Below, piece after piece: positions 37,300-46,548 of a stretch of DNA of 64,000 bases. Position 1 is the first letter of the stretch; every line of letters starts with the position of its first letter. Below the pieces are notes generated by a model. It did no database searches. It worked only from the letters and a program-made list of their open reading frames with translations, and was not told the origin of the DNA. Source of the stretch: an uncultured Myxococcales bacterium (GTDB lineage Bacteria > Myxococcota_A > UBA9160 > UBA4427); NCBI GenBank assembly GCA_965603475.1, contig CBFDDD010000001.1, positions 111,157-175,156 on the forward strand. Reading direction: 5' to 3'. Made by a program: the position numbers and the translations under genes.

Positions 37300-38625
37300 T
37301 TATCCCTCGTCGACGCCCTTGGGCGCTTGCTGCTTCATGAATCCGAACATGTAGCCCGCCACACGACGCATCTGGATTTCTTCCGCGCCCTCTGTGATGC
37401 GATATCGGCGGTGGTGACGGTAGATGTGTTCGAAGGGCTTGTGACGCGAATAGCCGAGCCCCCCGTGGACCTGCATTGCGCGATCCGCCGCGTTACAGCA
37501 GAGCCGATTCGACCAGTAATTACACATCGAGACCTTGTCCGAGACCGAGAATGCGCCGTACTCGTCCATCATCCAGGCCGTCTTGTGAATTAGAGCGCGC
37601 AACATTTCACACTGGGTCTGTAGCTCGACGAGTGGGAATTGAATGGCCTGATTGGTGGCCAATGGTTTGCCAAAGGGCTTGCGAACCTGGGCATACTCGA
37701 CAGACTGATCGATGCAGAACTGGGCGGCACCGAGGCTCGAGGCCGCCTGGCGGATTCGGTTTTCGTTGAAGAAGTGCTGCACGACGGCAAGCCCCCGGCC
37801 TTCGCCGCCGAAGATCGCGTCGTCCGGGACCACGACGTCGGTGAACGACACCCGGCCGTGGTCCGTTGGCATGTTGAAGGTCCAGAGCATTTCTTCGATC
37901 TTTACGCCCGGCGCATCCATCGGTACCAGGAAGGCCGTGATTCCTCGGCCATCGCCCGCCTTACCACTCGTTCGAGCCATGACCATGTCGTACTTGGCCT
38001 TGTGGATCCCGGTATTCCAGGTTTTCTCGCCGTTGATGCGCCAGCTGTCGCCCTCGCGTACAGCGACCGTCTCCATATGTGTGGCATCGGAGCCATGCTC
38101 GGGTTCGGTGATTCCGAAGGCAAAGCCGCGCTGGCCTGTTGCCATGGCGTCGACCCATTCGGCCTGTTGGGCCTCGGTCCCGTACTCGAGCATCAACAGC
38201 AGGCCCACGTTGTTGCCTACGATCGAATGTTCGTTCTGGAGGTCATTGTGAAGTCCGAGGCCGCGACGTGCCAGATGCTCGCGAATGATCGCCATGCCGA
38301 GGTTGTTCCCATCGCGTCCGCCGTATTTCTTGGCGAGGGGATAGCGAAAATGTCCGGCCGCATCGGCAAGTCGTCGCGCCTCCGCAAGGAGCGCCTCCCA
38401 TACTTCGTTGGGAAGCCCGCCTCGCTCCCAATCGGTGCGCGCATCTTCGCGGCGATGATCGAAGAAGCGGATATTGTCGTCCTGTTGTTCGAGGGGCAGG
38501 ATTTCACGCTCGATAAAGGCATCGAGTTCATCGAGGTAGGCTGCGAGGTCTTTGGGGATGTCGAAATTCAAGGGGATGTCCTTCTGGTTGACGGGCTTCC
38601 GGGTGGTGGAATCGGCGTTAGGCAT
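37300..38625 (-). CDS. acyl-CoA dehydrogenase family protein
   Basis: 441 aa ACAD fold. Catalytic context RITEGAEEIQ. Confidence 0.9.
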   Translation of the reverse strand: MPNADSTTRKPVNQKDIPLNFDIPKDLAAYLDELDAFIEREILPLEQQDDNIRFFDHRREDARTDWERGGLPNEVWEALLAEARRLADAAGHFRYPLAKKYGGRDGNNLGMAIIREHLARRGLGLHNDLQNEHSIVGNNVGLLLMLEYGTEAQQAEWVDAMATGQRGFAFGITEPEHGSDATHMETVAVREGDSWRINGEKTWNTGIHKAKYDMVMARTSGKAGDGRGITAFLVPMDAPGVKIEEMLWTFNMPTDHGRVSFTDVVVPDDAIFGGEGRGLAVVQHFFNENRIRQAASSLGAAQFCIDQSVEYAQVRKPFGKPLATNQAIQFPLVELQTQCEMLRALIHKTAWMMDEYGAFSVSDKVSMCNYWSNRLCCNAADRAMQVHGGLGYSRHKPFEHIYRHHRRYRITEGAEEIQMRRVAGYMFGFMKQQAPKGVDEG

Positions 38626-38742
38626 CTTCCGGGCGATTTCGTGAGAATTCTACCACGCCTGGCGCTCTGGTCTGATGGAATCTCTCTTCGGTCCCGCTAC
38701 CCGCCATCTGCTATCCATTCTGTACTCTCAGGAGGCCGCCTG

Positions 38743-39645
38743 ATGCCCGATTCACCGATTACGCACCGCAGCTTCGTTTCCTACATCGATCGTACCCGTG
38801 AGTACTATGCAGCACAGGGCTACGAAAGGCCCTACCGCTGGGCACACCATGCGTCCGTTCCCTTTGCGAAACTCGAGAAACCCCTCGCCGAGTCGCGTGT
38901 CGCGGTCGTCACGACCGCGAGCCCATTCGTCGATCCGGCTGCGCGCGAAGATGTCGTCGGCGACGGCAAGCAGGTCTGGTCGGGTGAAACCGCCGTCACA
39001 CCGGATCGGCTCTACACCGATGATCTCGCATGGGACAAGGAAACCACACACACCAACGACGTAGAATCCTTCGTTCCGCTCGGTTCTCTGCGCGCGTTCG
39101 TCAGGGAGGGTCGCATCGGATCGCTCGCCAAACGCTTCCACGGTGTGCCGACGGACTACAGCCAGCGTCGTACCCTCGAACAAGACGCGCCAGAGATCCT
39201 CGCCCGATGCCGAGAGGACGCGGTCGATATCGCACTGCTCGTCCCGCTCTGACCCGTCTGTCACCAGACCGTGAGTCTGGTCGCACGCGTATTGGAAGAG
39301 AACGGCATCCCGACCGTCGTCGTCGGCTCCGCACGCGACATTGTGGAAGAGTGCGGCGTTCCACGTTTCCTCTTCACTGATTTTCCGCTCGGAAACCCGT
39401 GTGGCAAGCCAGACGACGGCATGATGCAGCGCGACATAGTCGGCTACGCGTTCGATCTTCTCGAAACGGCTCGCCTTCCCCGGACGACCGTACAGACACC
39501 GTTCATCTGGGGGGAAGACGCTTCATGGAAGGAACGTTACGCGCGGGTCGACGCGGAGGCTTCTGAGCGCCTTCGCCAGGCCGGCAATGCGAGGCGCGTT
39601 GAGCAGGAACACGCGAAAGCGACAGGCCGCGCCCGATCGACGTAG
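38743..39645 (+). CDS. glycine/sarcosine/betaine/D-proline reductase selenoprotein B (GRDB) family protein, Sec at codon 170
   Basis: AGGAGG RBS before ATG 38743. The tail of track ORF 37639..39252 and ORF 39271..39645 share a frame and are joined by TGA 39250-39252. Reads ...DAVDIALLVPL-U-PVCHQTVSLVARVLEENGIPTVVVG...FPLGNPCGKP, collinear with the GrdB Sec region. Confidence 0.8.
39263..39281 (+). promoter_or_regulatory. putative bacterial SECIS hairpin for the GrdB-like gene
   Basis: ACCAGAC-CGUGA-GUCUGGU: 7-bp stem, GU in the loop, starting 10 nt after the UGA. Confidence 0.6.
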
Positions 39646-39705
39646 AGGGGTGGAGAGGGAGGTCGCAGAATCGGGCATTTCCCTGCGACGGTCCGGCGTG
39701 AGTCT

Positions 39706-39714
39706 TGATATAAT
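39706..39714 (+). promoter_or_regulatory. extended -10 element TGATATAAT just upstream of the plsB start
   Basis: Consensus TATAAT with an upstream TG, only 5-8 nt before GTG 39720 / ATG 39723, and no SD sequence. This suggests a leaderless or very short-leader mRNA. Confidence 0.3.
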
Positions 39715-39719
39715 CGTTC

Positions 39720-42188
39720 GTGATGCCCGACGTCGATTTTCGATCCGAATCCAAGTCCAAGGTCATGGCCCCGCGTCATGAAGAGCCCGTCTGGCCGGAG
39801 ACGGCAGGCGGGGACGTCGTTTTCCTGATCGACGCAGCCAGTCGCTTCGAGACCAGACTCCTGCATGCCTGGATCGCGCGCCATCGTGCGGATTCCGCCG
39901 CTTCCGGCGCGAAGGTGGAGATCTTGACGCTTCCATCCTCACGTCGTCGACGTGGACGCCTGGATCCCGGATTGGAACCGATCCTGGCTTCGGGGGATGA
40001 TCCGCAGTTGGTGCCGCTGCGCATTGCGTGGCTCGCCCCCGAACGAGAGGGCCGCCGCGAAGTCAGGCCTTCGGACTTGTTGACCCTGGCGGATCCGCGA
40101 GATCCGGACCGACTCCGCGAGCGCTACCTCTATTGGCGGACGCCCGAACGTTGTCGGATCGTGTTGGGGCAGTCAGCACCTGTTTCGGCGGTGCGCAGGC
40201 GTTGGCGTCGGGCGGCTGGAGCGGATTCGGGTAACACGCAGAGCTTCCCCGACTACGTTGCGCGGCAGGCCGCGTTGACACTGGAGCGAGCCGAACGACA
40301 CATACGCGGTGCGCGCTACAAGGTGCCCAGCCTGGTTCGCGAGGACATCCTCGCGAGGCCCGCATTTCAGGGTGAGCTCCATCATCTGGCCCGCAAATTG
40401 GGTCGGACTGATGCGAGAGTGTTGGTTGAAGCGACAGCGGATCTTCGTGAGATCGCGGCTGGCCATACGCCGCTCGCGATCGACATCGTCGTCCGGCTCT
40501 GGCGCTTCATGTATTCCCGCGGCTACGACGAAAAGCTCCGTTACGATCCTGCCGAGCTACGAGTCGTGAGCGCGCTCGCGCAACAGCATCCGGTCGTTTT
40601 TCTGCCGTCACACAAATCAAACCTCGACCATGGCGTGCTGCAAACGATCCTGCACGAAAATGGCATGCCGCCCAATCATACGGCCGGCGGAATCAACATG
40701 AATTTCTTTCCGCTCGGACCGCTCGTGCGGCGGAGTGGGATCTTCTTCATTCGGCGTAGCTTCAAGGACGACGAGGTCTACAAGCTCGTCCTGCGTCACT
40801 ACGTCGACTATCTGATCTCGAAGCGTTTTCCTCTCGAGTGGTATATCGAAGGGGGTCGCTCCCGATCCGGCAAACTCCTGCCGCCGCGCTTCGGCTTGTT
40901 GGCGTACGTGGTCGATGCCTATCAGCGAGGGCATAGCGACGATGTCTATCTCGTGCCGGTCTCGATCTGTTACGACCAGATCTCCGATGTCTCCGACTAC
41001 GTCGCGGAGCAGCGCGGAGGCGACAAGGAGAGCGAGGGGTTTGGCTGGTTCGTTCGTTTCATTCGCAGGCTGGGGCGGCGTTACGGGCGGATCAATATTC
41101 GCTTCGGAGAGCCGGTCTCGCTGGCCACGTCGCTGGGGCCCCCGAATCCGGAGGCCTTGCCCGATCCGAACGAGATGAATGTCGAATTACAGAAGCTGGC
41201 TTTCGAAGTCTGTGTCCGAATCAATCGGGCTACGCCGATTACGCCGGTCTCGCTGATTTGCCTGGCCTTGTTGAGTCGGGGAGATCGCGCACTCACTCGA
41301 ACGGATATGGTCGATGCGCTCGTGAACCTGCGGGGCTACGTGGAGCGTCGTAAGCTTCCGACGTCGGAGGAACTCGACCTGGATACGGCCGAGGGTGTCG
41401 CGCGAACGATGGACGCGTTGGTCGAGAGCGGTCTACTGACGATCTACGACGAGGGCCCGGAACCCGTGTATGGAATTGCGTCGGGTCAGCATCTGGGCGC
41501 CGCCTACTACCGAAACACCATCATCCACTATTTCCTGACGGGCGCGATCGCCGAAGTTTCCCTGCTCCGTGCGGCCGAAAAGGACGTAGAGGACAGGTCG
41601 GCGGCGTTCTGGGAAGCGGCTCTGGACTTACGGGATCTCCTCAAGTTCGAGTTCTTCTTCGCAGAGAAGGACGTCTTCCAGGCGGAGATTCGTCGGGAGC
41701 TCAGCCATCACGTCGTGGACTGGGAGGCGCGACTCGACGAGGGCGCAGAGGCGATTCAGGAAATATTCATCCGCATCAGCCCACTCCACGCTCATCGAGT
41801 GCTTCGCCCCTTCCTCGAGGCCTACCGCGTGGTGGGCGATGTACTGGAATCTCACGACACGGGGGAACCGATCGACGAAGCGGCATTCCTTTCGGAATGC
41901 CTGGGACTCGGCCATCAGTACACGCTACAGCGCCACATCAAGCGACAAGAATCGGTTTCAAAGGTGCTCTTCGGGACTGCCGTCAAACTCGCGCGCAATC
42001 GCGAACTCTGGGAGCCTGGTGAGTCGAAACAGGAGCTGAAAGACGCACGCAGGCGCTTCGCAGTGGAGATACGTGCTGCGATCCGCCGTGTCGACGCCGT
42101 CGAGGCGATGGTTCGAGCGCGTCTAGCGGGTCTCGCCCCCCCGGCCGCATCGGTCGCGACGAGTCGGAAGAACCCGACGGACACCTGA
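39720..42188 (+). CDS. plsB: glycerol-3-phosphate 1-O-acyltransferase PlsB
   Basis: About 820 aa. Acyltransferase HX4D block VFLPSHKSNLDH, plus FFIRRSF and YIEGGRSRSGK motifs. Confidence 0.9.
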   Translation: MMPDVDFRSESKSKVMAPRHEEPVWPETAGGDVVFLIDAASRFETRLLHAWIARHRADSAASGAKVEILTLPSSRRRRGRLDPGLEPILASGDDPQLVPLRIAWLAPEREGRREVRPSDLLTLADPRDPDRLRERYLYWRTPERCRIVLGQSAPVSAVRRRWRRAAGADSGNTQSFPDYVARQAALTLERAERHIRGARYKVPSLVREDILARPAFQGELHHLARKLGRTDARVLVEATADLREIAAGHTPLAIDIVVRLWRFMYSRGYDEKLRYDPAELRVVSALAQQHPVVFLPSHKSNLDHGVLQTILHENGMPPNHTAGGINMNFFPLGPLVRRSGIFFIRRSFKDDEVYKLVLRHYVDYLISKRFPLEWYIEGGRSRSGKLLPPRFGLLAYVVDAYQRGHSDDVYLVPVSICYDQISDVSDYVAEQRGGDKESEGFGWFVRFIRRLGRRYGRINIRFGEPVSLATSLGPPNPEALPDPNEMNVELQKLAFEVCVRINRATPITPVSLICLALLSRGDRALTRTDMVDALVNLRGYVERRKLPTSEELDLDTAEGVARTMDALVESGLLTIYDEGPEPVYGIASGQHLGAAYYRNTIIHYFLTGAIAEVSLLRAAEKDVEDRSAAFWEAALDLRDLLKFEFFFAEKDVFQAEIRRELSHHVVDWEARLDEGAEAIQEIFIRISPLHAHRVLRPFLEAYRVVGDVLESHDTGEPIDEAAFLSECLGLGHQYTLQRHIKRQESVSKVLFGTAVKLARNRELWEPGESKQELKDARRRFAVEIRAAIRRVDAVEAMVRARLAGLAPPAASVATSRKNPTDT

Positions 42189-42191
42189 TCA

Positions 42192-42210
42192 GATTTCCCA
42201 CATGGAAATC
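42192..42210. terminator. hairpin between convergent plsB and CBS genes
   Basis: GATTTCC-CACAT-GGAAATC, 7-bp stem. No clear U-tract on either strand. Confidence 0.3.
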
Positions 42211-42226
42211 GATTCACCCCTGGCGT

Positions 42227-42700
42227 TCAGCGAAGCAGCGCCACCATGTCGAAGACCGAGACGAGGCCAACCAACGGACCTTCGTCATTGTCCGGGTCGA
42301 GTACCAATACCCGGTGGATCCGATGCTTCAAGAAGAGATCCGCAATCTCGTTGATCGGTGTATCTCGGCGGACGGAAATCGCACCCGCCGTCATGACTTG
42401 GGAGACACTCCGCTGCGTCAGGCGATCTTCGAACTCTTCGATGTCCGTCATCCACTCTTCGGGCGCAAACGAGGAGCCGGCCTCGTAGTAGTGTAGATCC
42501 ATGACGGCGTCGTCGTGTGTTTCATTCGCGATACGCAGCAGATCTCGGGCACTGATGACGCCGACGACGTCCCCGCCATCGTCGACGACCGGCGCTCCAC
42601 TGATGTCCTCCTGGACGAAGAGTCGATAGACCGCCAAGAGTGGCGAATCCGCCGCCACCGTGACGACCCGTTGTTCCATGATGTCTTCGGCGACCGTCAC
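42227..42700 (-). CDS. CBS-domain pair protein
   Basis: Two CBS repeats: IMEQRVVTV...GAPVVDDGGDVVGVISARDLL; VMTAGAISV...HRIHRVLVLD...LVGLVSVFDMV. GTG start with AAGGAG RBS. Confidence 0.8.
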   Translation of the reverse strand: MTVAEDIMEQRVVTVAADSPLLAVYRLFVQEDISGAPVVDDGGDVVGVISARDLLRIANETHDDAVMDLHYYEAGSSFAPEEWMTDIEEFEDRLTQRSVSQVMTAGAISVRRDTPINEIADLFLKHRIHRVLVLDPDNDEGPLVGLVSVFDMVALLR

Positions 42701-42926
42701 GATGTACTCCTTCTGGGCTGAATTGGATCCTCAGCCTACATCATGTCGTCCCACGTGGGTTCTCAGGCCCGAGGAATAGTTGAGTATTGCGAAGCGATGG
42801 TGCATCCCATCGCTGCGGCACGCCCAGGCGCGAATGTGGCGGTTTGGCACAATCTGCCGGTCGATCTGTGATCCGAAAATATGACGCATCTCGCCTATGA
42901 TCGGACCGAGACGGAGGAGAGACTCG

Positions 42927-44597
42927 ATGAAGACGGATGTAGAGATTGCGAGGGAGGCAACGCCTCGCCCGATCGTAGATGTGGCTCGGGATCTCGGGCT
43001 CTCGGAGGAGGATCTTCACCCCTATGGTCGCGATGTCGCGAAGGTCGACCTCGGCGTCCTCGACAGACCACGTGCTCTGAAGGGCAAGTCGCGGCTCGTG
43101 CTGGTCTCGGCGATCACGCCGACCCCGGCGGGCGAGGGCAAGACGACGACCTGTGTCGGTCTGGCAGACGCACTCTCGCGAATCGGAGAGTCGGTTTGCC
43201 TTGCTCTTCGCGAGCCCTCGTTGGGGCCCTGCATGGGTGTAAAGGGGGGCGCTGCTGGCGGGGGTTATAGCCAGGTGATCCCCATGGAGCGCATCAATTT
43301 GCATTTTACAGGGGACTTCCACGCCATCACCTCTGCCAATAACCTGCTGTCTGCGATGCTCGACAATCATATTCACCAGGGCAACGCGCTCGACATCGAT
43401 GTGCGTCGTATCCTGTGGCGTCGGGTTCTGGATCTGAACGATCGGGCACTGAGGCATGCCATCGTGGGGCTGGGCGGACCGACTCATGGCGTCCCGCGCG
43501 AAGCGGGTTTCGATATCACGGCCGCCTCGGAAGTCATGGCCATGCTGTGTCTGGCGACGGACGCAGATGATCTACGCGCGAGACTCGATCGAACCCTCGT
43601 GGCTTTCAACCGCAGCGGTGGGACGGTGACCGCAAGCGATCTGGGTGCGAGCGGAGCGATGCACGCACTACTCCACGAAGCTCTGCGTCCGAATCTCGTT
43701 CAGACCCTCGAAGGAACCCCCGCCTTCGTCCACGGGGGTCCCTTTGCCAACATCGCCCACGGCTGCAATAGCGTTTTCGCTACGCGGATGGCGATGCACA
43801 CCGCGGATTGGTGTATTACCGAAGCCGGATTCGGCTTTGATCTCGGCGCCGAGAAATTCTTCGATATCAAGTGTCAGGGCGCTGGGCTCGATACGGCAGC
43901 CGTCGTGCTCGTGGCAACGATCCGTGCGCTCAAGATGCATGGAGGCTGTAAGAAAAGCGAACTGGGGGAACCGAATACCGAGGCAGTGAGACGCGGTCTC
44001 CCCAATCTGGAGAAGCACCTCGAAAGCATTCATTGCTTTGGCGAGCGTTCGATCGTCGCGATCAACCGCTTCGCCGCTGATACCGCCGAGGAAGTTGCTG
44101 TCGTACGCGAGTGTTGTGAGGCGCTTGGTATCCCGGTCGCGGAAACCGACCACCACGCACGTGGCGGAGAGGGCGCTGAGAATCTTGCCCGGACCCTCGT
44201 GCAACACGCAGAGGCATCGAATACGCCCTTTAGCCCGCTCTACGATTGGAACGACGATATCAAGGACAAGATTTCGGCCGTCACCCGAGCAATGTATGGA
44301 GCCGATTCGGTGTCCTACACCAAGAAAGCGCAACGGGATCTGCGCGAGGTCGAAAGCCTGGGCTACGCGGGGCTTCCGGTCTGCATTGCGAAGATTCCGG
44401 GTTCCCTGTCCGACGATGCCAAACTACGCGGACGGCCCCGTGATTTCGAGATCACAGTGAGAGGTGTTCAGGTGAACGCAGGTGCTGGTTTCCTCGTGGT
44501 TCTCACCGGCGACATCATGCGAATGCCGGGCCTTCCGCGACGTCCCCTGGCCGAATCGATCGATGTGGAGAATGGTCAAATTGTTGGCCTCTCGTAG
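42927..44597 (+). CDS. fhs: formate--tetrahydrofolate ligase
   Basis: DVEIAREATPRPI..., P-loop ITPTPAGEGKTTT, and GGAAGGGYSQV are all diagnostic. GGAGGAGAG RBS before ATG 42927. Confidence 0.95.
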   Translation: MKTDVEIAREATPRPIVDVARDLGLSEEDLHPYGRDVAKVDLGVLDRPRALKGKSRLVLVSAITPTPAGEGKTTTCVGLADALSRIGESVCLALREPSLGPCMGVKGGAAGGGYSQVIPMERINLHFTGDFHAITSANNLLSAMLDNHIHQGNALDIDVRRILWRRVLDLNDRALRHAIVGLGGPTHGVPREAGFDITAASEVMAMLCLATDADDLRARLDRTLVAFNRSGGTVTASDLGASGAMHALLHEALRPNLVQTLEGTPAFVHGGPFANIAHGCNSVFATRMAMHTADWCITEAGFGFDLGAEKFFDIKCQGAGLDTAAVVLVATIRALKMHGGCKKSELGEPNTEAVRRGLPNLEKHLESIHCFGERSIVAINRFAADTAEEVAVVRECCEALGIPVAETDHHARGGEGAENLARTLVQHAEASNTPFSPLYDWNDDIKDKISAVTRAMYGADSVSYTKKAQRDLREVESLGYAGLPVCIAKIPGSLSDDAKLRGRPRDFEITVRGVQVNAGAGFLVVLTGDIMRMPGLPRRPLAESIDVENGQIVGLS

Positions 44598-44764
44598 CCA
44601 GCGATCATCGATCGATTCGCGTGCGGTTCTGCGCCTCTGACCGGGGGCGAAATGCCGCTCTTCATTCGCGAGTCTCGCCGGAAATACCGGGTACGAAGGT
44701 AGAAAACGGCACACGATTTGCTTTACTTCCAGCTACGGGATGAACCCGATCGGAGGACCGTCCA

Positions 44765-45163
44765 ATGGCAGCCAGGAAATCGACCCGAAAAGTGGCGGTG
44801 AAGAAGAAGGCCACGAAAAAATCTGCTCGAAAGAAGACCGCGCGGAAGAAGGCAACGCGAAAGAAGGCTGCCAAGAAGAAGGCGGCAAAACGTTCCACCA
44901 TCGACATCGTCGGGTCCGAGCTTCCCAAGTCGCTCAAGGCTTTTGGACGCCAGTGTCGACGCGATTTGAGTGCGATCGAGAAGCAGATCGAAATCGCTGG
45001 CAAGGATACGCGGCGAAGTCTGACGCGGATCGTGCGCGATGCGAGCCATCAGCTCGGCACGCTGGAAGCACGCGGCGAACGGGAGTGGCGCAAACTTTCA
45101 CGTAACGCAAAGCGCGACATCGAGCGAATCGTTCGACGTGTGCAGAAGGCGACTGGCCGCTAG
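44765..45163 (+). CDS. histone H1-like lysine/alanine-rich protein with a C-terminal coiled-coil (phasin-like?) domain
   Basis: N-terminal 44 aa KKKATKKSARKKTARKKATRKKAAKKKAAK, then about 88 aa helical. GGAGGA RBS. Confidence 0.6.
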   Translation: MAARKSTRKVAVKKKATKKSARKKTARKKATRKKAAKKKAAKRSTIDIVGSELPKSLKAFGRQCRRDLSAIEKQIEIAGKDTRRSLTRIVRDASHQLGTLEARGEREWRKLSRNAKRDIERIVRRVQKATGR

Positions 45164-45180
45164 GTCACGCGGCGACAAAT

Positions 45181-46431
45181 TCAGTCGAAGAACTCGAGTT
45201 CTCGCATGAAGCGAAGCATCTGCTCCAGATACTCGCCACGGTCGAGATGAAGTAGATGGTTGCCGGGGAACCAGTGAATCCGACATCGATCCCAATGGTC
45301 CCAGAGTAGCCGGGAATGTTTGGGCGGAGCCATACGGTCGCCGACGCCACCGATGATCATGAGACGTTCCTTGGCGATCGCTGGTCGATGGGTGAGCGGC
45401 GTCGTGGGCGCGAGAAGTCGACGGCCGTCCTTGATCGATAGGTCGAGTGCTGTGAGTCCCATCCGAATCGCGAGTCCCGTCGGCTGCCATTCGAGGATCA
45501 GGTCGAAGGGGCTCACGACCGGCACGTTGGGAATCGCGAACTGAAGACGATCTTCGACGCTGGCGAGCAGCGCTGCGGTCCAGCCTCCGAGGCTGATGCC
45601 CGTGATGCCTACCTTTGTGACGCCACGTTCTTCCTCGAGCCAGTCGATCAGGGCGCGTAGCTCGCAAACGGCTTGCGCCATGTGCTCGTTGATCGCACCG
45701 AGTCCGCAGGCAAAGAAGCCGTGACCGCTGTAGAGAGACCAGGGCTCCTGGCGCAATCCGTGATGGGGCAGGGTGTAGAGAATGACGTCGCAGCCCTTCT
45801 CGTAGTACGACTGCAACGCAAAGAAGCGTTCATTGATCCAATAGGGATCGGCCATGAAGCCGTGTACCGCGATGAGCGTCGGGCGCGGCCCGTCGCCCGG
45901 TCGATCGTGTCGCCAATGGCGTGCGCGCGCTACCCGGCTGTGATCGTGTCGATTGTAACGCTCTCGATAATTGGGGCTGAAGGGCTGGTAGGGCGACTCG
46001 AACTTGATGCCCTCACAGACGCCGTTGGATGGTTTGAAATATCCCGAGCGCGGTGAGTAGCAGGTGACATCAATTTTTTCAGAAGGCGGCGAAAACATGC
46101 CTGCGGGATCGTTTTCGACCAGGTCGAGATAGCTCTGCAGGTCTTGTCTGCTTTCTGCAGCCCGTAGCCCGAGTCGGCCATGCGGGAGTGGCAACAAGCT
46201 TGCGGGTAGGGCGGTCAGGCTGAGCAGGCTGGCACCGGCGGTCCGAATCGCGAGATCGCCGAGCGCGGTGACGTTCACACGGAGCCAGTCGCGCGGCTCC
46301 AACTCGAAGCCCTCGGGTCGCTGTGCAAAATTGCTTTCGAGGTTCTCCCACCAGAGGCCCTCGGGCATGATCGAAGGAGAGTGGGCAAACGTCTCATGAG
46401 CAATTCGCGAAACGATACTCGAACGTGGCAT
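45181..46431 (-). CDS. alpha/beta hydrolase (ABHD18/DUF2048-like)
   Basis: Nucleophile elbow GISLGG. Start ATG 46431. The longer track ORF (to 47394) overlaps the permease gene and is R-rich. Confidence 0.75.
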   Translation of the reverse strand: MPRSSIVSRIAHETFAHSPSIMPEGLWWENLESNFAQRPEGFELEPRDWLRVNVTALGDLAIRTAGASLLSLTALPASLLPLPHGRLGLRAAESRQDLQSYLDLVENDPAGMFSPPSEKIDVTCYSPRSGYFKPSNGVCEGIKFESPYQPFSPNYRERYNRHDHSRVARARHWRHDRPGDGPRPTLIAVHGFMADPYWINERFFALQSYYEKGCDVILYTLPHHGLRQEPWSLYSGHGFFACGLGAINEHMAQAVCELRALIDWLEEERGVTKVGITGISLGGWTAALLASVEDRLQFAIPNVPVVSPFDLILEWQPTGLAIRMGLTALDLSIKDGRRLLAPTTPLTHRPAIAKERLMIIGGVGDRMAPPKHSRLLWDHWDRCRIHWFPGNHLLHLDRGEYLEQMLRFMRELEFFD

Positions 46432-46548
46432 GAAGAGTCCTCGTAACGGACGGCTCGAAGCAGACAACCCTCCCCGTGAGAGCTGACCTTCTCGAAATTC
46501 TCGTTCCGACGATACATGGCGTTGGCGTCGTCGTGCTACTTCTAAGAG

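Noticed and set aside
37639-38742. N-terminal 368 codons of the 537-aa track ORF 37639..39252
   Set aside because: They are antisense to the well-supported acyl-CoA dehydrogenase (37300-38625) and have junk-like composition. Only the part from ATG 38743, which has an RBS, matches a protein family (GrdB-like).
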